A stretch of 55,983 nucleotides of DNA from an uncultured Candidatus Poseidoniales archaeon. Its GTDB lineage: Archaea > Thermoplasmatota > Poseidoniia > Poseidoniales > Thalassarchaeaceae. The stretch covers positions 1-55,983 of the forward strand of contig CAZXZO010000011.1 of NCBI GenBank assembly GCA_964645485.1, read 5' to 3'. The notes under the pieces were generated by a model. That model was not told the DNA's origin. It saw nothing but the letters and a program-made list of their open reading frames with translations, and made no database searches. The position numbers and the translations under genes were made by a program. This document shows, piece by piece, positions 8,917-17,847 of this stretch (position 1 is its first letter; each line of letters opens with the position of its first letter).

Positions 8917-9249
8917 TTATTCCTCCTTATTCGTCCGTCGAACTTGTAAGCCAACGAATTTGGTTCTCTTTGCTTCATGTGGTGAAAATGGTTGGTCCCC
9001 ACTACTCTGTTCCGCCTCATCGGGTGTTTGGCATTTTAGATCAAGAGCGTGTACATAATTAGTCTGGATGTGTGGCTTAAAGTGCTGGATAATTGGTTTC
9101 TGTCTTTTGAATGAACGTACTCCTTCAAATCCAATGTCAACAATTCGTACGAACCAGTGGTCACCACCACCCGTTGTATCAGTGGCTTCAACATCGGCGT
9201 CTGGATAGACCACTTTGACCTGTTCAACCATCCACTCGGCGGTAGGCAT
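8917..9249 (-). CDS. BolA/IbaG family protein
   Basis: DTTGGGDHW, FEGVRSFKRQK, VHALDL; immediately upstream of Grx4. Confidence 0.85.
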   Translation of the reverse strand: MPTAEWMVEQVKVVYPDADVEATDTTGGGDHWFVRIVDIGFEGVRSFKRQKPIIQHFKPHIQTNYVHALDLKCQTPDEAEQSSGDQPFSPHEAKRTKFVGLQVRRTNKEE

Positions 9250-9308
9250 TGATTCATTGGCCGCGTTAAACCATTTTCAACCCTCGTGTTGAGGACTCTT
9301 GCACTAAC

Positions 9309-9983
9309 CTAGAGTGAAGAATTGATTTCTGCAAGGTTTTCAGCGATAGTTCCTTTATCATTTATCAGACCTGAACCAACTACTGCCGCCTCAATACCCC
9401 ATTCTGCAACTTCTGCAATATTGTGTGCTTTGATGCCACCGTCAATCATTAATTTCGTTGCTCTACCGCCTCGTGAAATTTGTTCATCAACCGCCGCTCT
9501 AAGGCTGCGCACCTTATCTTCTACTTCGGGCATGAAAGATTGGCCACCCTTCCCGGGGACCACTGACATGACAAGCACAAGGTCAAGTTCGGGGAGAAGA
9601 GGTAGGACATCCTCAAGAGTTGTTGCTGGGTTCAGCACAAGACCGGCCTGACAGCCAGCATCGTGCAAATTTGTGATTAGTTTTGGGAAATCATCAACGG
9701 CTTCGATGTGAGCTATCACTAAGTCAACACCAGCATCGACATACTGCATCCAGGTATCGGCAGCATTTGTTACCATTAGATGGCAATCAAGGAATATATC
9801 GCTGCCAACCCGCTTCCTAATGGATGAAATTAATGCTGGACCAAAAGTGATGGTTTTGTTTACAACCCAGTTACCATCCATCACATCGAGATGTATCCAT
9901 TCAATTCCGGCTGCAACTGCGTCATCAACTACTTTTCCTAGAGCACAATAATCAGCGGTCAAAATACTTGGACATACAATCAC
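9309..9983 (-). CDS. rpe: Ribulose-phosphate 3-epimerase
   Basis: PSILTAD, HLDVMDG, DCHLMV, VMSVVPGKGGQSF, IDGGI. Confidence 0.95.
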   Translation of the reverse strand: MIVCPSILTADYCALGKVVDDAVAAGIEWIHLDVMDGNWVVNKTITFGPALISSIRKRVGSDIFLDCHLMVTNAADTWMQYVDAGVDLVIAHIEAVDDFPKLITNLHDAGCQAGLVLNPATTLEDVLPLLPELDLVLVMSVVPGKGGQSFMPEVEDKVRSLRAAVDEQISRGGRATKLMIDGGIKAHNIAEVAEWGIEAAVVGSGLINDKGTIAENLAEINSSL

Positions 9984-10064
9984 GACCTTCCCCTCAATCT
10001 ACCCGAGAGGCAAGGGGTTCTCAATCCTTCACATTGAAGACGGCAAGTTCAAAGACCTCCGCAC

Positions 10065-10418
10065 GTGGGGGAAGGTTGCACAGGAGATATTGACATGGCA
10101 GGGGCAATTGTAGAAGCATCAGACGCAACTTTTGATACGGTAACAACAGAAAATGAATGGGTTTTGGTTGATTTTTGGGCACCTTGGTGTGGCCCATGCA
10201 AAATGATTGCTCCCGTATTAGAACAAATTGCTGGTGAAAGGGATACCCTTACCATCGCAAAGGTCAACGTTGACAATAATCCAAATTCACCTGGGAAGTT
10301 TGGAGTCAGAGGTATTCCAACTCTCGTCTTATTCCATAATGGCAATGCGGTTGACCAAGCAACTGGAGCGATGCAAAAAGGTGGATTTGACGATTGGTTA
10401 AACCGACACATGAACTGA
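10065..10418 (+). CDS. trxA: Thioredoxin
   Basis: VDFWAPWCGPC and GIPTL; likely start ATG 10095 after AGGAG. Confidence 0.95.
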   Translation: MGEGCTGDIDMAGAIVEASDATFDTVTTENEWVLVDFWAPWCGPCKMIAPVLEQIAGERDTLTIAKVNVDNNPNSPGKFGVRGIPTLVLFHNGNAVDQATGAMQKGGFDDWLNRHMN

Positions 10419-10429
10419 ATAGTTCATTC

Positions 10430-12013
10430 TTAGGTCTCTTTCATCGCGGTTGTGAGGGCTTTTCTGCGCTCATCCATTGACTCTCCGACTTCACGCAACA
10501 ATCTCTCACGGATTGCTTCGTGTAACCATAATCCATCTGCTAATTCAACAATAATTCCACGACTCAATAATTCAGAAGGCGGAGTACCATTTACTCCCGC
10601 AGCCAATGCTAATGTCGACCAAGGGATTGGCCTTTCTGCAGCCGCTAAATAACCCAATAAATCACGATGTTCTTCTGGAAGCACTTGCAATATTTCCTCA
10701 TCAAGGAATCTCAGCCAATCACCGTGTACAACATCGCCGTACATCTCCAATAATTCAACGGCTAAAGGATGCCCGCCTGTCATTTTGTGAACCTCTTTTG
10801 GCTCTGGTGGTGATGGTACGTCAAATTTAGCAATCCACTGTTCCACTTCTTTCAAACTAAGTCCTCTAAGAGGTAATTCTGAAACTAAACCACGAGTGTG
10901 AACATCACGACGGTCGTAGAACGAGAGGGCGGTACGAGAGATTAGTAACATCCTCAGAGGAGTTTGGTCGGCAACTTGTAACAGCGAACCCAAGAGGTGT
11001 GCTGAGTCAACTTCAACATTGTGTACATCATCCAATACGAGCAAAATATACGGAGGTTTGTCGCTCTTCTCCTCTAGTTTTTCAAACACTTTTTCCCTCA
11101 ATTTTTCCGGGTCCGTGAGATAGGCAGTGAGGCGACGGCGGTACATGTCAATGTCGAATTTACCACTTGGCGACATTGGCAACGATTCGAGGATGCGGTA
11201 AGGGTCCCAACTCAAACTTCCTTTTGATTCAATACCAAGACGGTGAAGTATGCTAGTCGCAATTCCAATCGCTGTGTCCCACGGTTGACAAGGATAGTAC
11301 ATCACTCTGAGGTTTGGCTCATCATCAAGACGTTGATTTAGCCAATGAGAAACAAGGGTTGTTTTGCCACATCCTGCAATGCCACTTACCACAAGAGTTG
11401 GCTCGCGCCCCTCATACCAAGCATCCAGTGCAACTCTCTCATCGCTTCTGCCGTGAACTGCACGTGTTTTTGGTGCTCTAACGTGGTAGGTTGAATGTGC
11501 GCCTGCCAAAATTTGCAATCGACCTGGTGGAGGTTTGTCGTCGCCTTTTTCAATACGGCCAAGACGAATGTCACCATACTGTAACATTCCTTCAGCGATT
11601 ACCATCATCAGCACTTGTAATAGTGTGAGATTACTGTCTAATCTATCAGCAGCCTCGCCTGCTTCCACCTCCAGCATTTTCCCATCACTGCCTCTGATTA
11701 GAACGCTAGTCTTCTTGATTTGTGGTAATCTTTTATTGATTTCTTCTCGGCCATTTTCTGTTAATTGCCATGTTTTTTGGCGACGTGCTTCTCCACGAAT
11801 TTGACGGGTGTGCTCACTTACGAAGCCTTGCTTCAATAACGGCCGCATTGCTCTGCTAACATTTGGTGGATGAAGACCACAAGATTCTGCGATGCCCGGG
11901 CGAGTGACTGGGGCGGTCACTATGAAGTGGTCAGCCTGATGGTCATTCTCTAACAAGTGAAGCAACACGCGGTCATTAACCGAGAGGGACACGCGTAGTG
12001 GAGTCTCTGTCAT
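10430..12013 (-). CDS. Winged-helix plus P-loop NTPase (STAND/MalT-like) regulator
   Basis: N-terminal wHTH (TRPGIAESCGLHPPNVSRAM), Walker A GIAGCGKTT, Walker B LLVLDDVH, TGGHPLAV motif. Confidence 0.75.
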   Translation of the reverse strand: MTETPLRVSLSVNDRVLLHLLENDHQADHFIVTAPVTRPGIAESCGLHPPNVSRAMRPLLKQGFVSEHTRQIRGEARRQKTWQLTENGREEINKRLPQIKKTSVLIRGSDGKMLEVEAGEAADRLDSNLTLLQVLMMVIAEGMLQYGDIRLGRIEKGDDKPPPGRLQILAGAHSTYHVRAPKTRAVHGRSDERVALDAWYEGREPTLVVSGIAGCGKTTLVSHWLNQRLDDEPNLRVMYYPCQPWDTAIGIATSILHRLGIESKGSLSWDPYRILESLPMSPSGKFDIDMYRRRLTAYLTDPEKLREKVFEKLEEKSDKPPYILLVLDDVHNVEVDSAHLLGSLLQVADQTPLRMLLISRTALSFYDRRDVHTRGLVSELPLRGLSLKEVEQWIAKFDVPSPPEPKEVHKMTGGHPLAVELLEMYGDVVHGDWLRFLDEEILQVLPEEHRDLLGYLAAAERPIPWSTLALAAGVNGTPPSELLSRGIIVELADGLWLHEAIRERLLREVGESMDERRKALTTAMKET

Positions 12014-12148
12014 CTATAATCGCTGTGGCTATTGTCCCCATTGAAGCATTCGCCTCTCTGATGCAATTTCAAATGATGCAATAATAGCAGGTTGCAAAGT
12101 AATTTCTCAGTGATTTCTTTTGATGCGCGAACGCCATAAGGCCTTTTT

Positions 12149-15100
12149 ATGATTGCAGGTCCGGATACCATGGCAAAAAGTGGCATCGTGAATCTGCGCT
12201 ATCATGCAATCATGATTTCACTCACTATGATTCTTGTATTATTCAGCCCAATGGTGACTGCGTTTGACACTGATGGAGATGGTGTTGATGACAGTACAGA
12301 TGATTGTCCCTTAGCATATGGAAACAGCACCGTTGACAGAGATGGATGCCCGGATGCAGATGGTGATGGAACAAGTGACATCAATGACCCTTGGGTGATT
12401 CAACCGGGTGGATTTCTACAAGATAGCCGCCAATCTTCAAGTGATAACCAATATGTTTCATTATTCAATTTTGATGGAAGCAAATACTTGACAACAGAAG
12501 ATACCGGAGGATGGGGTAATCCAAATGGCTGGTTAAGAATTTGGGATACAACAACAAAAACGAATATTAAATCAGTTGAATTTAGTGGAGATTTCATTCA
12601 CGATGCTGATTGGTCTCAGGATGGAATGTACGTGGCTGCTGTCACCGACAACGATGAGTTGTTTGTTTACTACTCAAGTAACGTTACACCTCTATTCTCT
12701 GTTAGTACAGATGTTGGTAGTGGCGACCAACCTAACGAAGTGGCGTTTAGCCCGGACGGAACTATGATTGCTGTAGTAGTTGGAAGATCTGGAAATGGTG
12801 CTACAAATGGAGAAGTACAGATTTACAATTCAATGAATGGCTCGGCAATAACCGCATTTGACCCGGGTGCTGATAGCAGGTTCTATTCTGTAGATTGGAG
12901 TCCTGATGGTAGTAGAATCCTAATCGGTGGAAGAGAAGATGTTTACATTTACAATACAGGAAATTGGAATGTCAACCGTACAATCAATTCCAATCGCGGG
13001 TCAAACAACGCAGTTGCTTGGTCACCTGATGGAAACACAGTTGCTACTTGTGAGGCTTGGGAAGGGTCTGGGGCTAGAGTGAGATTATACGATGTAGCCA
13101 GTGGTTTACAAAATTGGAAATATGATACATCTACATCCTGTCTTGATATTGAATATTCACCCGATGGCACTCAAGTAGTTGCCACACACTCATATTACCA
13201 ATCAGATGGAGCTAGTCTTAGAGTATTCGAAGTCGATGCGAATTCTCCAACTATTATTGACACAATGTCAGCACCGCGACCTGGTAGTTGTAATGCCGGC
13301 GGCGGAGGAAACAACTGTGGCACCATTTACGGAGTTAGTTGGCATCCAGATGGTGATTATATCATCTCAGCACATGGCAGAAATGACGAGGGGATTTACC
13401 ATTGGATAGTTGACCCCGATATTGATAATGATGGAGTTCTAAACGTTGATGATGCGTTCCCTGAAGACCCTACACAATGGAATGATTCAGATAACGATGG
13501 GTTCGGGGATAACCCAGCACCTGCTACTGAACCTGATGCCTGCCCAGACATACCGGGAACTTCTACTGAAGACCGATATGGCTGTCCTGATACAGATGGT
13601 GATGGGTGGTCTGATTTGAATGATGATTATCCAAACGATGAGTATCAATGGGCAGACGCTGATGGGGATGGACATCCAGACAATATCGAGGATACTCGAG
13701 ACCCGAATCCACACGGCACAGTAGACCGATTACCAAACAATCCAACCCAATGGAATGATACTGACCTCGATGGATATGGTGATAATTTCGCTAATGCATC
13801 TTGGGTTGCAATCCGACCGGCTGAATGGCCTGGTATTCTAATTACCACAATGACTCCAATGCAATTGAATGACATTGATGTTTTCCCTACTGATGATGAG
13901 CAGTGGAATGACAGTGATGGGGATTGGGTTGGAGATGAACAATTTACTAGTCGCTCTGATGGCTGTATCTACATTTATGGTGATTCAATTTGGGACAGGT
14001 TGGCATGTTATGACACTGATGGAGATGGATGGTCAGACCCTGATGACAATTGGCCTGCTTGCAGAGAAGGGGCTGGAACTGGTGATGCTTTCATCAATGA
14101 TCCAAGCCAATGGTGTGATGCTGATGGTGATGGATTTGGAGATAATGCAAGCGGAACTGATGGTGATGCCTGTCCTGGATTTAGAGGAAACTCCTCGATT
14201 GACCGAGTCGGTTGTAAAGACTCGGATGGAGATGGATATTCAGATGCTGGTGACCCATTCCCGGGCGATAAAACTCAATGGGTAGACCGGGATGGAGACG
14301 GTTGTGGTGATAACAGCCTCGGAAATAATCCTGACCTTTTCCCCGATGATTCATCACAATGTGGTGACCGAGATGAAGATGGATATGGGGATTACCCTGT
14401 TGGAGAAAATGGAGATTGGTTCCCAGACCAAATTACTCAATGGTATGACTTTGATGGTGATGGTTATGGTGACAATTTTGGCAATGCTTCATGGGTTATC
14501 GACCGAAATCAATCGTGGCCTGGTATCTACGTAGAAAATGCGTACGAACCTGATTTGTGTCCAACCGAATACGGGCAAATGGAAGGAGAAACTACTCGTG
14601 GTTGCCCAGACACTGACCAAGATGGTGTTGCTGATAATGAAGACGATTATCCCGAGGACCCAATGCGTTCATCCGACCGTGATGGAGATGGATATGCTGA
14701 TGACCCTCTAGCAGCACAAAAAGATGATTGCCCAGACACTTTTGGTACTAGTTACAAAGGAAATACCTACGGTTGTATTGACTCAGATGGTGATGGCTGG
14801 GCAGACAGTAGAGATGAATTCCCTGAAATTTCCAGCCAATGGAAAGATTCCGATGATGATGGTTACGGCGATAATTGGGGTAATTCAACTTGGAACCATA
14901 GTCGAGAATTGAATTGGCCTGGTGATTTCATTGTTGATGCTGAAATGGCGGATGCGTTCCCTACTGATATTACTCAGTGGAATGATACAGATGGCGATGG
15001 ATGGGGGGATAATCCAAATGGTACCGACCCTGATGATTTCCCACTCATTCCTTCGCAGTATAAAGACAGTGACAAAGACGGGTATGGCGACAACACTACT

Positions 15101-15637
15101 CGTGATGCTTTCCAACCAGATGAGTGCAGGTCGAAATTTGGAACATCTTGGGAAGACCGATTTGGCTGTGTTGATACTGATGGAGATGGCTGGTCTGATA
15201 TCGCTGACATCTGTATCTATGATCCAAATGTGTGGGAGGCACCTGGCGTTTGTGAAATAACAGAAGCTGAAACTGGTGTTTCTATTTCTGACAAAAAAAT
15301 GTCTATCGGAGAATTGGGCACATACATTCTGGGTGGTTTAGGAGTAGTTCTTCTTTTAGCCATCCTAGTTGCGATGGTTGCACGTCAAGCAGCCCGGCGT
15401 AGTGGACAATTGATGCGTCAAAATGTTGCCTTACAAGAGCAAATATTCGACGAAGAAGAAACTCGTCGAGAAGAATGGATTGAATATTATCTAGGCCAAG
15501 GAGACTTAGAGAAAGCCAGAGAACTTGGGTGGGTGGAGAAGGCTGATTGGCAACTTCATCAAGAAGCCGAAGAGAAGCAGGCTGTTGAAGCAATTGAGGC
15601 ATTACCTGACGCATTAAACCTTGATGACTTGCTTTGA
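12149..15637 (+). CDS. Secreted, membrane-anchored WD40 beta-propeller plus thrombospondin type 3 repeat protein
   Basis: Signal peptide, WSPDG/FSPDG blades, dozens of DxDGDGxGD repeats, one C-terminal TM. Confidence 0.9.
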   Translation: MIAGPDTMAKSGIVNLRYHAIMISLTMILVLFSPMVTAFDTDGDGVDDSTDDCPLAYGNSTVDRDGCPDADGDGTSDINDPWVIQPGGFLQDSRQSSSDNQYVSLFNFDGSKYLTTEDTGGWGNPNGWLRIWDTTTKTNIKSVEFSGDFIHDADWSQDGMYVAAVTDNDELFVYYSSNVTPLFSVSTDVGSGDQPNEVAFSPDGTMIAVVVGRSGNGATNGEVQIYNSMNGSAITAFDPGADSRFYSVDWSPDGSRILIGGREDVYIYNTGNWNVNRTINSNRGSNNAVAWSPDGNTVATCEAWEGSGARVRLYDVASGLQNWKYDTSTSCLDIEYSPDGTQVVATHSYYQSDGASLRVFEVDANSPTIIDTMSAPRPGSCNAGGGGNNCGTIYGVSWHPDGDYIISAHGRNDEGIYHWIVDPDIDNDGVLNVDDAFPEDPTQWNDSDNDGFGDNPAPATEPDACPDIPGTSTEDRYGCPDTDGDGWSDLNDDYPNDEYQWADADGDGHPDNIEDTRDPNPHGTVDRLPNNPTQWNDTDLDGYGDNFANASWVAIRPAEWPGILITTMTPMQLNDIDVFPTDDEQWNDSDGDWVGDEQFTSRSDGCIYIYGDSIWDRLACYDTDGDGWSDPDDNWPACREGAGTGDAFINDPSQWCDADGDGFGDNASGTDGDACPGFRGNSSIDRVGCKDSDGDGYSDAGDPFPGDKTQWVDRDGDGCGDNSLGNNPDLFPDDSSQCGDRDEDGYGDYPVGENGDWFPDQITQWYDFDGDGYGDNFGNASWVIDRNQSWPGIYVENAYEPDLCPTEYGQMEGETTRGCPDTDQDGVADNEDDYPEDPMRSSDRDGDGYADDPLAAQKDDCPDTFGTSYKGNTYGCIDSDGDGWADSRDEFPEISSQWKDSDDDGYGDNWGNSTWNHSRELNWPGDFIVDAEMADAFPTDITQWNDTDGDGWGDNPNGTDPDDFPLIPSQYKDSDKDGYGDNTTRDAFQPDECRSKFGTSWEDRFGCVDTDGDGWSDIADICIYDPNVWEAPGVCEITEAETGVSISDKKMSIGELGTYILGGLGVVLLLAILVAMVARQAARRSGQLMRQNVALQEQIFDEEETRREEWIEYYLGQGDLEKARELGWVEKADWQLHQEAEEKQAVEAIEALPDALNLDDLL

Positions 15638-15701
15638 AACCAATCTTCAAGCACAATTGCTATGCCTAATCTCCTAGTCCAACACACTAGGAGGCTGATG
15701 C

Positions 15702-16904
15702 TTGGACCCGTTTGACACAAGACCTGCTCCAGCAACTATGGAGGCTAGATTGCGAGCACTTCTCTCTTCAATGCACAGTGCAATCTTAGAGATTGATGCT
15801 CAGGGTGGACTTGTACATGCGAATCGGGCGGCACAAATTATGCTCCCCAATCTGCCGCCAACACCGGCACCACCAGAGTGGATTCACGAGTTTGAAGACG
15901 AGCACATTTTCCGTGATAGCCATGGTGCACCAATGCAGTCCACCGAAGGTCCTCTTCTAGAAGCACTGAGAACAGGAGAAGCGCAACGTGATTGGCAATT
16001 TAGTATTGAATTTTTGAATGGAAGAATTCTGTATCTGATTGGTGCTGCTGAACCACTATTCGGCACAGATGGCCGCCTTAGTGGTGTAGTGTGTTCATAT
16101 CAGGATATTACGGAATTGATTGGATTACAACACGCACTTGAAGAACAACTCACTGAGACAAAAAATGCGGCTCAGGAATTACGACTAACTCATGGCGAAC
16201 TATCGCGCGCGCACAATCTGCAAGCAGGATTCATCGCAAACTTCAGCCACGATTTACGGACCCCTCTTTCGGGTGTTCTAGGGTTTGCGGATTTACTTGA
16301 TATCTCGCCTAATCTCGATGCTGAAGAAAAGGAATTTTTGACGGAAATCATCGATGCAGGGGATTCTCTGAGGATGATGATTGATTCTGTTATCACCTAC
16401 TCTAACATTATCTCTGGGACTGTTCGGATTACCTCGGAATGGCACGATATTGACAATGTGGTTGAAAAATCATGTGAGGCGGCTAGGAAAGTATGCACAC
16501 GAAGAGGACTTGAGTTCCATATGGAAATGGTTGGAGCACCAGAAAAAATGTGTATTGATGAGATGAGAATTCAAGAGATCCTCGAACAACTATTGGATAA
16601 TGCTGTGAAGTTCACAGAAAAAGGTCACATAACCATCAAAGTGAGTAGTATTGCCGATAATGTATTGTTTGAAATCTCAGATACAGGACCTGGAATTTCT
16701 CATGAAGCTGAGATGAGATTGTACGAACCATACTCAAAGGCGCTTGTCAAAGATGGGCAACTTAGGCGCGGGGTTGGTCTAGGTCTTACACTTGTAAAAG
16801 CACTTTGTGATTTGATGCACGGCAAAGTTGACTACTCAACCTCTGCACAAGGAACTACATTCAGAGTGCAGTTCCCATTGATTTATACACCGGTGTTATC
16901 TTAA
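15702..16904 (+). CDS. Cytoplasmic PAS-domain sensor histidine kinase (no receiver domain)
   Basis: PAS-like N-terminus, H-box SHDLRTPL, N-box LLDNAVKFT, G1 DTGPGI, G2 GVGLGL; TTG start after GGAGG. Confidence 0.92.
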   Translation: MDPFDTRPAPATMEARLRALLSSMHSAILEIDAQGGLVHANRAAQIMLPNLPPTPAPPEWIHEFEDEHIFRDSHGAPMQSTEGPLLEALRTGEAQRDWQFSIEFLNGRILYLIGAAEPLFGTDGRLSGVVCSYQDITELIGLQHALEEQLTETKNAAQELRLTHGELSRAHNLQAGFIANFSHDLRTPLSGVLGFADLLDISPNLDAEEKEFLTEIIDAGDSLRMMIDSVITYSNIISGTVRITSEWHDIDNVVEKSCEAARKVCTRRGLEFHMEMVGAPEKMCIDEMRIQEILEQLLDNAVKFTEKGHITIKVSSIADNVLFEISDTGPGISHEAEMRLYEPYSKALVKDGQLRRGVGLGLTLVKALCDLMHGKVDYSTSAQGTTFRVQFPLIYTPVLS

Positions 16905-17051
16905 TATTGAATTGATGAGATTTTCAATCGCATTAAGAAAATGGGTCATACCTGTCTTCTTTTGATGAACCGTTTAAAAGCTCTCAACAAAATTTTTGCA
17001 AGTTGAATTGGGTTTGAGTCTAAAAGAGGAAGGATTTGTTTTGCTACATTC

Positions 17052-17813
17052 TCATTTAGCCATGTCATCATCAAACCGCAAAAAATCAAGTTCCTCAAAC
17101 TTAACCAAGGAAGGTGAATTCAGTGCCAAATTATGCTGCAATGCCTGAGATAAACTAACCCAATTTCGTTCAGTCCCGTCTATCCACTCGTAATTATGCC
17201 CTGGAATCAGTCGCCAATCACTAGGCAACCCTTTGAGAATCTCCTTAGCATGGGTGACACTTCTCCACTGAGATTGTGAATCCCCTCCGGGTAAATCAAC
17301 TCTCCCAGAGCGTTGGGTGAACAGTAAATCGCCGGCGTGAAAAATCCCATGACCATGGAAGGTGAGGTGACCTGGCGCATGACCGGGTGTGTGAGTGACT
17401 TCGAGAGTAATACCTCCTGCATTCCACTGCTTTCTAGAATGTACTGGATGATTCCAAGTATGTGTGAAATCTATGTGACGAAATAATACTCGCCCAAGTA
17501 AGTTAGGATAGTTGGATTCAACATGTCCCCACAACTCAATTTCAGGGTTGGATTTCATGATTTTTTTTACCCCTGATGTGTGGTCTCTATGGGTGTGGGT
17601 TAGAATGATGTGGGTGGGTGATAAACCTTCATTTTCAAGGGCTGACAGCCACTTATTAGCAGAGTATGGGTCAACAATTACAACTGTATTTGTGGCTCTG
17701 TTGATGAACGCGGTATTGACATTTCCAAATGGTCCTTGCTGGCTTACCCAAACCTCAATTCCATCGTCTTCTATTCGACGGTCGAACTCGCCCTTCGCTA
17801 ACATCAAATTCAT
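17052..17813 (-). CDS. Metallo-beta-lactamase fold hydrolase (glyoxalase II-like)
   Basis: THTHRDHT, TPGHAPGH, AGDLLF, PGH. Confidence 0.9.
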   Translation of the reverse strand: MNLMLAKGEFDRRIEDDGIEVWVSQQGPFGNVNTAFINRATNTVVIVDPYSANKWLSALENEGLSPTHIILTHTHRDHTSGVKKIMKSNPEIELWGHVESNYPNLLGRVLFRHIDFTHTWNHPVHSRKQWNAGGITLEVTHTPGHAPGHLTFHGHGIFHAGDLLFTQRSGRVDLPGGDSQSQWRSVTHAKEILKGLPSDWRLIPGHNYEWIDGTERNWVSLSQALQHNLALNSPSLVKFEELDFLRFDDDMAK

Positions 17814-17847
17814 GCGAAGGGGGAGGTGGAATTGAAATTACTGATTT

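Noticed and set aside
13420-15200. Recurrent gatggtgatgg-type DNA repeats
   Set aside because: Explained by the coding DxDGDG (TSP3) repeats.
16905-17006. In-frame peptide after the kinase stop (IDEIFNRIKKMGHTC...) as a relic receiver domain
   Set aside because: It follows two stops, is about 31 aa and lacks the acidic and phospho-Asp motifs; likely chance.
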